Shown here in pieces: positions 31,256 to 40,505 of a stretch of 64,000 bases of DNA (positions within the stretch are counted from its first letter, which is position 1; every line of letters begins with the position of its first letter). The notes beneath the pieces were generated by a model, which did no database searches, was not told the origin of the DNA, and was given only the letters and a program-made list of their open reading frames with translations. This DNA is from Caecitellus pseudoparvulus. Its lineage: Eukaryota > Protista > Bigyra: Bicosoecida. The stretch spans positions 1 to 64,000 of the forward strand of contig CBFFRQ010000035.1 of NCBI GenBank assembly GCA_965644315.1, read 5' to 3'. The position numbers were made by a program, and so were the translations under genes.

Positions 31256-34200
31256 ATGGGCGCGTTTCATGCTCTGGGCGTGTTGGTGTTGTTGGCGTTT
31301 CTCTTGCCTAGCCAAGCAAGATTCCGCAGCTCCCTCGGCAATGTGCGCCTGACGGACAGTGCCGGCGTGGAGATCGCTCACCACACATGCAATACCACGG
31401 GCGGCTACCTGCAAGTGTTTGACGGCGTGCGGTGGGGCTTCGTGGGCAGCAGTGAGTGTGCTTGCCGTCGCAGTGCCGATGGGCTTGTCTCCCTGTGCAA
31501 GCCGCGGGTGCAGGCACTGTGGGGTCGGCCGCGCTTGCCGCGTCGCAGGCGGCTTCGGGTCTGACGCGTACAGCAAGAACAGCGTGTGCAAGCAGGTGCT
31601 GTGCAACTTCGGGAGCAACGCGGTGCAGGTGGGGTCAGTGGTGCGTCCGTCGGGGTCGTACGTGGCGTGGAGTGATGTGAGGTGCGATGGTGAGCTGTAC
31701 GACGGGGGTGAGCCTGGTCTGGGTGGGTGCAGTCGTCGTCAGGCGGGCGTGAGTGGTGGGGGCGGGCTGTCAGATGGGAGTGTGGTGCACATGGTGTGTG
31801 CGAAGCCTGTCCCAGACGCAGCGACTCCAGCAAACGGAGGGGCGGTGGCGAGGGTTGTGGTCCCTTCAGAGTGGGATGAGGAAACTCCGGATCAGAACGT
31901 GTTGCTGGGCACGAGCAGGTCAGCTTTAAACACTCCTCACAGTCATGTTTTCTATTCACTCCCGTCCGGGCTCAGCTCCGCACCCAGTGTGTTCACCGCT
32001 GCTTCACAGCCTGGTGTTCACGCGACGGTTGCGGCACGATCAACTATCTCCTTCGACGTTGACATTGAGAACGTTCCCGGCAGCTCGATCACTGGATGGT
32101 CCTTGGAGTTGGAGCTGGCATCCAGTCAGTACCTGGACGCCGGTGACGTGGGCGTGATTTCCTCTTTGCCCGCCGCAAACGCAAACTTGACTCAGTACAC
32201 TCCCCGGTTTGTCGCCGATGAGGACTCTCGCGGCAGGGCCATTAATCCTGCCGTCTATGCCCAATTGGTGCCTGAGGACGCGTCGCAGTGGGGAAGCACT
32301 CAACCGCCTGGCACTTTCTTCATCACTAGCGGCCAGAGCAGCGGAGTTGCAGGCTTCGCCTGGAGCGTTCCCTCCGGCTTCGACCAACGCGTTACGTATG
32401 CCACCAAGCTGACGTACACCAGCTCAACTGGAGGCGGTTCGCACGTGGGCCCGTTCATCACCATCGTGCCGTATGTTCCTGTCAGGATGGTTTCTCCTTC
32501 CCCAGCCGTGCACCAGGACTTCGCAGTTGTGCAAGGCTACGCTCAGGTGTGGAGAGGGGGGCAGTGGGGCTCCGTCTGTTGGAACGATGATGTGAACAAG
32601 GCGACTCCAACAGCGAGCATTATTTGCAGGGCGTTGGGGTTTGTTTCTGCAACAGACCTCACCAGTTTCCAGTGGAACTCCCTCCCACACTCGTCCACCG
32701 GGCCGGTCCATATCGTGCGCCCGTCTTGTGCCTTCGGAAGCTTCAAGACAGGTGCTGCCAGCCAGCCAGACTCCATTGGCGCGTGTCTAGGCAAGTTCTC
32801 ACCGTTGGGGTCAACGGCAACCTGCGCAAACTTTGATCGCGCTCAGCACGAGCTGCGCATTTCCTGTGTCGGACAGACGGCACCGGATCCAGTTGACCTG
32901 AACGTCACGTTCCCAAGCGTCAACTCTGTACTCTACGCGTACGAGCCTGGGGACATGACTGGGACTGTGTCAGCGTCGTCATATCCCCCGTCGACAACGT
33001 TCACCGCCCCCCTTGGATTTGTGATGCGACTTGGCGCCTTGCCTGCCCGCTACGTGCGTGTGCGAGTGCTGGGCACTGCAGGTCAGCAGCTATCGCTGGT
33101 GCACTCTGCAGTTTCTGTGCCTGTAGCCGAGTTTGCTGCCGGCATCGCCGCACCGCAACCCTGGCACGCAGGGGACGGCACCTGGACTGCAACAGTGCCT
33201 GTATCGTTCTTGGCTAGCGACGCTGGCTTTGATTCATCGGACAGCTCGCCACTTCAGGGGACCTACGTGAAGTTCGGTGTGACTCCGGTGGATCAAGGTG
33301 GGGCGCTCTTGGGCCCCGAGCGCGTCGGTCCATGGGTCCGCCTGTCAATCAGGCCATCGCAGGGCGCTGCCCGCCTTACAGACCGCTTAAATGCGCCGTC
33401 CACAACACCGAGTGGTAGGGTGGAGTTGTGGAATGCGACGGCAGAGCGATGGGAGTCTACTTGCAACAAGAATTGGAATGGCGGATCGCACGCTCCCAGC
33501 GCTGCGTGCGCAATGCTAGGGTACAACGTCTCGGCGGCTTTCCCTGTTGATGCATATATCTCAGCATTTTCGTCGCCGACAGACTCTGCTACATCACCCT
33601 GGAAATGGTGGGGGGCCGTCGGAACGCGCATGGAGGCACGGGTTCGAGACTGTCGCCTTGGTCGCGACGTGTTTTTTGGCACATGTGCCGCTTCGAGCAC
33701 AGACGACGTCAGCATTTGCGCAGACCCTGAGCAGGAGCGTTATGGCCCAGCTCTTGTGCGCTGCTCTGTTCCGCGGGACTCTCCTCGCAGCGTTGGCGAC
33801 TGGATGTTCTTGACGTCTCCCAACAGTGCTGCTCCCATCCACGGCCACGACCCACAAAACTACGGAGGAACATACTCCCCAACTTCGCCTCGACAGTCAG
33901 CTTCACCAGACGCAAGTGTGACGGCAGCTGTATCGTTGAGAACTATTCAAGGCCTGTACCCTGCGCGGCTCCACGTTGCCTGGGTGGAACCAAGCGGATC
34001 CAGCGCCGACTCACAGCCTCTCCATGCCACTTTGTCACCCATCCTCACATTCCCCAACAGGACGAACTCGTACTATTTCAGCCCATCTTGGTTCGGGTCA
34101 GTGGGGGTACCGGATGGGCACCCGTCTGTGGGGCGTTCGGGGCAGGTGCAGGTGACCTCTGTGGTGGTGGCAGGGAGCACCGCGCCGCTGCAAGCTCTAG

Positions 34201-36587
34201 GGCTGGGCACAGCGGACTCTGCGGGCCCATACGCAGGCCGTTTTCGACTTGTCGTGCAGCCTGCTCGACCGGACGGGTCGTTCATGTTTCCCGCCATCGA
34301 TGGGAGGGATTCTCCAGCGTGGGGCAAGACAGTGTACACCCCAGTGTGCGACTTCAAGTCTGCAGCGCTGATGGCCTGCTCATGCGTTAGTTCGGATGGC
34401 CTCCCTGAAATCACAGTTGGGGAAATCACCACTGCTCGCCTTCGTGACACGGCTGGCTTCTCACTGCTGAGTGCTGGGTACCGGTTGTTCAGTGAGCCGT
34501 TCGTTGTGAGCACACGCCCTGCCTTGCAAGCTGTGCGGCTGATGGCTGGCGGCATTCCCAGCGGAACTTTAGATGGCCACCTTGAAGTGTATTCTGGGAG
34601 CAGGGTTGGATGGACGGCAGTCTGCCCAGAGAGCCTTGCATCACTCTCCTCGAGCACCAGGGAAGTCATGTGCCGCTCTTTGGGTTTCGACTCTCAATCG
34701 GCGCTGACAGCCACCACAAATGCTCGCTTTGCCCCAGCAGCAGTTGAGTCGCGACCATACTCTGCCTTTGATTGCGACGGGCTTGGTCGCACTGTTGAGC
34801 GGGTGCCAACGTTGGGGTATTGTGGCGTCGAGCGAGGGCCAGCTTGTACCTCCCGCACGAGGTTTCAACTCAGCTGCCTCCCACTGCTGCAGCACACGCC
34901 AGTGAGCACTGTATTGGACACGTCATCAACCTTCGTGCGCCTACAAGGCGGCGCAGATGAGTATTCCGGGCAATTGTCCCTGCTGCCACGGGGCAGTCAG
35001 TGCGGCCAGCCAGCGCTGTGGGGAGGCGTGAACAAGGAATTCTTCAACAACCGGGCAGCAAATGCTGCCTGCCGAGCAGTTGGCCACCCCGGTGCCGTGC
35101 TGTGGGGCAGTGGGCTGCGCATGTCTCTTTCCCTGCCGGCACCAAGCCGAACCACACCTGTGATGACGAGCTATGTGGACTGCCCCACAGGCAACGAGGC
35201 GTCCTTGGATGATTGCAGCAAAATACCGATTTCATCGAGCGGGATTCGGAACATGAGGGGCACAACTGCGTACGTGTCTCTAGTCTGCACCGTGTTCGAA
35301 CATTCGATGCTGCCATTCAAAGGAACAAGTTGCACTCCTGGCATGCTGGACGCTGGTGGCAGCGCTCCTCCGCGGGGGCAGTTTGCGTATGAGTTCAGCG
35401 ACCCCGATGTTTCCATGGCAGGCCGCCTCATGGTCCGTGTAAGTCGCTCAGTGTCTGGTATGGTGGAGGCATCGTGTTTCAGCAACAATGCCGCACATGT
35501 TGCGTGCCGGTCGGTGAATCCCTTGTTCGCTGGGGCTCAAGGGTGGTCCGTTGGTGGGACAACTCGAGACGTCGCAGCCTTTGCTGAAGCGCCTGCTTCG
35601 TCTGGGCCTGAGGCAGTGAGTGCTGTGGCTTGCGAAACAAATAGCTCGAGCTTCTCAGCCTGCATCGCGGAGCTGCAGAACCCCAGAACTCTGACTTCCT
35701 CCGCAAACTTGGTGTGGCTCAGGTGCGTTCGCCCTGGCGAGGAGCGCGTGGCACTGGCCGACGATGGCCCAGGCGCATATGTCCCGGATGCTCCCAGCGG
35801 TGATGATGACGATGGCGGCGTCCCAGCAGGATCGGGATCTGCGGATGACGAGCGCTCAGTAGGTGCCATCATAGGAGGAGTCTTTGGCGGACTTGGCGCC
35901 TTGGTGTGTTGCTTCTTCATCGTCTTCGGCTTGAAGCGCGTGGTGTTTGATGCATCAAAGTCTGGCATTCCGTCAACTGTCCGCAGCACGACCTCAGGTG
36001 GCGCTGGCTCACGGCAGCCGGCGTCTGTATTCATCAGTGCGCTGCATAGCACTTCCGTACAGCCCCCGAGAAACTCTGCAGGCCAGCTGCACAGCAGGGC
36101 AGCACAGGCCCCGTCCGGTGCACCCATTCCTTCAAGCGCAGACCTGGAGACGGAACAAGATCCCAGCGTAGTCCCTCCTGCCTCAACCTCAGGCGTGCAG
36201 CAACCTGGACCTGCTCGTGTCAGTCCCATGGCGTATCCTGGAATGGCGGCATACCCAGGCACGGCACCCTTTCCTGGCACGGCCCCCTATCCGGGAATGG
36301 TACCCTTCCCTTCTTCACCACAGCAAGGCTCAACCTCTCAAGCTGCAGGTCAAGGCGCAGAGGGAGCATCCTGGAGCTCCCAGCCTCCGTATGCATCTCA
36401 GGGTGCAAGCGCCACGAGCACTCTGACTGGCACCGCACCCCCCAACTTTGGATACCCTGGCACCGCAACGTGCCCAACCGGCAGCATGCAGGGCAGTGCC
36501 CTTTCTCCTTCGGCCCCTGCGGCTCCTACTTCTCCGGCCTACCCGATCCAGCAACAACCCGATGCCTACCCGCCAGCTTACAAATGA
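31256..36587 (+). CDS. SRCR receptor A: type I membrane protein with ~6 SRCR-like domains; exons 31256-31451, 31549-36587 (1744 aa)
   Basis: Signal peptide MGAFHALGVLVLLAFLLPSQA. Repeated VRL..G.L.V..WG.VC..A...CR.LG units near 31343, 32481, 33370, 34533, 34935 and 35400. TM IIGGVFGGLGALVCCFFIVFGL (~35865-35930). Pro/Tyr-rich tail ending YPPAYK. Confidence 0.85.
31343..31798 (+). repeat. Shared SRCR cassette copy 1 (other copies ~36942-37395 and ~39417-39872)
   Basis: ~455 nt from GTGCGCCTGACGGACAGT to CACATGGTGTG, near-identical in three genes including the intron. Confidence 0.95.
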
Positions 36588-36857
36588 GCCAGCGGGATCG
36601 TATTTCAGTGTCCGCGTTTCTGTTGATTGCACATGCATTTGGTCACAACCTTTTTGAAATGCATGTTTGAGTGCTTCGCCAACCTCGCGTGCATGGTGCT
36701 CACGCCTCCTGCACCATCAGTGCCACCTCCTGGCGCTCAAGCACGCAGTCAGCCAGACACAGCTTGCAAAAACATTTACAAAGAAAGAATGACAGCCCAC
36801 TCAAACACTTACACGGAGGTTCTCCCAAATTTTCTTTTGTCGCTCGCTTGCTGCAAC

Positions 36858-38167
36858 ATGGCACGGCGGTCTGCTCTGACCCGCCTCGCCATCTGCCTGG
36901 CGTTTCTCACACTTGCAGCCAGCAAGACCGCGCCCGGCACCGTGCGCCTGACGGACAGTGCCGGCGTGGAGATCCCCCACAGCAGCTGTGGTACGACGGG
37001 GGGCTACCTGCAAGTGTTTGACGGCGTGCGGTGGGGCTTCGTGGGCAGCAGTGAGTGTGCTTGCCGTCGCGGTGCCGATGGGCGTGTTTCCGTGCAAGCC
37101 GCGGGTGCAGGCACTGTGGGGTCGGCCGCGCTTGCCGCGTCGCAGGTGGCTTCGGGTCTGACGCGTACAGCAAGAACAGCGTGTGCAAGCAGGTGCTGTG
37201 CAACTTCGGGAGCAACGCGGTGCAGGTGGGGTCAGTGGTGCGTCCGTCGGGGTCGTACGTGGCGTGGAGTGATGTGAGGTGCGATGGTGAGCTGTACGAC
37301 GGGGGTGAGCCTGGTCTGGGTGGGTGCAGTCGTCGTCAGGCGGGCGTGAGTGATGGGGGCGGGCTGTCAGATGGGAGTGTGGTGCACATGGTGTGCGGTG
37401 GTGAAGGTGGGGGCGTGCGTCGGGGAGCCCGGAGGTTGAACGGAAACGACGCTGGCAGCACTATCGGAACCGTCGCTGGCGTGATCGGCGGCATCTTCTT
37501 CCTCGCTTGCTGCATCTCTTCGATAATCTTCTTCAAGCGAGTTGTCTTGGATGCATCGAACTCTGGCATTCCGACCTCCGTTTCAACACGTCAGACGGAC
37601 ACAATCGTTGCAGCGCAAGCACGGGCCATGGCACTGACTCATGCCTTGCGCGGGACTGCCGCATCGCCATCTCATACTACACACGTGTCTGCCCATCAAG
37701 GTGCCGGGGTGCAGCTTCCAGGGACGATGGGGCACCATGGACACAACCAATCTGCAATGGGTGTTGGGTTTGGTGCTGGGAAGGAGCAAGCCCCATCATC
37801 GACCAACGCACCCTATGGCAACGGTCCATACCCTTCTGCACCGCAAGGGGGACAGCTTGGAGGCTCGCCCTACCCATCCACGCAACCAGATGGCCAGGCT
37901 GGCACTTCGCCGTACCCAACGGCCCCGCAGGCGGCTGGGCCTGGGTATCCGCCTTCATCCCCGATCCCCGGAGCCCCTGCCATGGCGGGCACGTCAGCAT
38001 ACCCGAGCTCAAGTGCCTACTCTGGTCCCGCGGCCTACCCTGGCGCGGTATCGTACTCAGGGGCAGCAGCGTACCCGGGTCAGCCACCTCAGGTGTCCAG
38101 TGGCAGTGCTCCTCCGCCCCAGTATCCCAGCTATTCCCAGCCGCCCCCAACGTCCGGCTACTGCTGA
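36858..38167 (+). CDS. SRCR receptor B: single SRCR + TM + Pro/Tyr-rich tail; exons 36858-37050, 37146-38167 (404 aa)
   Basis: Signal peptide, SRCR cassette nearly identical to gene A, intron 37051-37145, TM IGTVAGVIGGIFFLACCISSIIFF, YP-repeat tail. Confidence 0.85.
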
Positions 38168-38346
38168 GCCTGTCAGGGAGGGAGCTTGTGTTGGTGTGTG
38201 CGCTGCGCCACAAAAGTGTGCGCCGTCAATGCATGCCAGTTGTGCCCACTGGGCAGGCTCAGTGCTGAGCTCGCGCGAGCATCTGTAGCCTCGACTTGTG
38301 TCGACTGCGACGAGGTGGGCAAGCCAGCAAGCTGCTGGCTGAGTCT

Positions 38347-39476
38347 GGTGGTACCCTGCAGAGCAGCCGAGCCTCTGGGGCGGGCAGGTGGGGTCGGCCA
38401 CCCTGTGGTACTTGAGGCAGCCTCGCAGGAGAGCGGCTTGCTGCTGCTGGGGGGCTGCAGGATCGTGCCTCGCAGGGATGGCGTGGCTTGTCCTCGGACA
38501 GTAACGATACGCCACTGGCCTGAAATCGCAGTGAGCATGTGATGGAATGTGTTTCATGTGCAGTGCTTGTCCTCTGGCTCTTCACCTAGCACTTGAAGTC
38601 TGTAGCAGTTTCCGTGAACAAGCCGCGACACGCTCAAGCTCCTTCAGGGAGACGCCCGCGTTGTCCCCGACGGCACAAATTGAAAGGTGCGCCGAAGCGG
38701 AACACTTCGACAGTGATACGAGTTGTTTGCTTTCGCTCAAGCTCTTGCACACTGTCCATAGCAAGCCATGGCCCGTCAATCTGCCCCGATGAGCCTCGCG
38801 CTCTGCCTGGCGTTTCTCACACTTGCAGCCAGCAAGGCCGCGCCCGGCACCGTGCGCCTGACGGACAGTGCCGGCGTGGAGATCCCCCACAGCAGCTGTG
38901 GTACGACGGGGGGTGCTACTCTGCAGAGCAGCCGAGCCTCTGGGGCGGGCAGGTGGGGTCGGCCACCCTGTGGTGCTTGAAGTGGTTTGGTGAAGAGGAG
39001 GCTTGGCTGCTGCTGCGGGGGTGTGGTATCGTGCCTCGCAGGGATGGCGTGGCTTGTCCTCGGGAAGTAGCGATGCGCTACCGGCCTGAAATCGCAGTGA
39101 GCATGTGATGGAATGTGTTTCATGTGCAGTGCTTGTCCTCTGGCTCTTCCCGTGCTCCTTGAAGTGTGTCGCAATTTCCGCACCAAGCTGCGACACGCTC
39201 AAGCTCCTTCAGGGAGTTGCGCGCACTTCCCCCAGCGGCATAAAAAGTAAGCTGTACCAAAGTAATTCATGTTGACAATGTATCCATTCGCATGCTTTCG
39301 CTCAAGCTCTTGCACACCGTCCATAGCGAGCCATGGCACTGCAAGCTTCCTTGACGAGGCTCGCGCTCTGCCTGGCGTTTCACACACTTGCAGCCAGCAA
39401 GACCGCGCCCGGCACCGTGCGCCTGACGGACAGTGCCGGCGTGGAGATCCCTCACCACACATGCAATACCACGGGC
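38347..39476 (+). repeat. Diverged tandem duplication, period 565 nt (upstream region plus start of exon 1 of SRCR copies C and D)
   Basis: CTGCAGAGCAGCCGAGCCTCTGGGGCGGGCAGG starts at 38356 and 38921; the ATGs are at 38768 and 39333; both offsets are 565. Confidence 0.92.
38768..38912 (+). pseudogene. SRCR copy C: truncated remnant (signal peptide and first ~20 aa of the SRCR domain)
   Basis: Matches exon 1 of gene B up to HSSCGTTGG, then joins directly to the upstream region of gene D. Confidence 0.85.
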
Positions 39477-40419
39477 GGCTACCTGCAAGTGTTTGACGGC
39501 GTGCGGTGGGGCTTCGTGGGCAGCAGTGAGTGTGCTTGCTGTCACGGTGCCGATGGGCTTGTCTCCCTGTGCAAGCCGCGGGTGCAGGCACTGTGGGGTC
39601 GGCCGCGCTTGCCGCGTCGCAGGTGGCTTCGGGTCTGACGTGTACAGCAAGAACAGCGTGTGCAAGCAGGTGCTGTGCAACTTCGGGAGCAACGCGGTGC
39701 AGGTGGGGTCAGTGGTGCGTCCGTCGGGGTCGTATGTGGCGTGGAGTGATGTGAGGTGCGATGGTGAGCTGTACGACGGGGGTGAGCCTGGTCTGGGTGG
39801 GTGCAGTCGTCGTCAGGCGGGTGTGAGTGGTGGGGTCGGGCTGTCAGATGGGAGTGTGGTGCACATGGTGTGCGGTGGTGAAGGTGGGGGCGTGCGTCGG
39901 GGAGCCCGGAGGTTGAGCGGATTGGGGAACTTCAACATGTTGTACCTCATTGGTATCGTGCCTTTGGTGGCGCTCATCCTTCTGTCAATCTGGGCGTGCC
40001 GCGTTATCAAACGGCGTCAGCAGGCCATGCTGCAGGTCATGCAGGAGGCTGGCATCGCCCCAGGCGCCCTTGGCTCTTACCAGATAGCTCAGCTCACTGC
40101 ACAAGCACAAGCGTCGTCACGAGTAAACCCGGTCCACGCCTCACAAGGCGCAGGGGGTGGCATGCCAGGTACATACGGCCAGCAAGGAGTGAGTGGGCAA
40201 GCTGGTGGCGTCACACATGCACCCGCAAGAGCACTCACCCCCCCCCCGCCTCAATCACAGCCCGCAATGGAAATGGGCGGCATGGGGCACCCTGGCAGCT
40301 CGGGATACGGGGGCTCAGCAGCATACCCTGGGCAGCCCCCCAGTTTCTCTGCCACACCTGCTCCTGGGGGGCCGTACCCTGGGTACCCGCAGGCTGGTGC
40401 ACCGGGGGGGTATATGTGA
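39333..40419 (+). CDS. SRCR receptor D: single SRCR + TM + Pro/Tyr/Gly-rich tail; exons 39333-39525, 39623-40419 (329 aa)
   Basis: Signal peptide, shared SRCR cassette, intron 39526-39622, TM MLYLIGIVPLVALILLSIWAC followed by RVIKRR. Confidence 0.85.
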
Positions 40420-40482
40420 GGGCTCTCTGATGGTGACATGTTGGGTTGGAGCGTTACAGCGGGGAAGGCAAAAGCCTGTGGG

Positions 40483-40490
40483 AATGCATT
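40483..40490. terminator. Palindromic AATGCATT between convergent SRCR-D and SPT6 genes; candidate bidirectional poly(A) signal
   Basis: Lies in the 86-nt gap between the two stops and reads AATGCA on both strands. Confidence 0.55.
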
Positions 40491-40505
40491 GCGAGCGGGT
40501 GTGAA

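Noticed and set aside
31359-31548. Cys-rich N-termini given by the ORF track for 31359, 37055 and 39433 (MPAWRSLTT../MCLPSRC..)
   Set aside because: Out-of-frame exon 1 plus intron read-through; splicing GTGAGT..CGCAG gives a signal peptide and a coherent SRCR domain.
38347-39476. 565-nt repeat read as a transposon, LTR or CRISPR-like array
   Set aside because: No terminal inverted repeats, target-site duplication, transposase or regular repeat-spacer structure; it is explained as duplicated upstream region plus exon 1.
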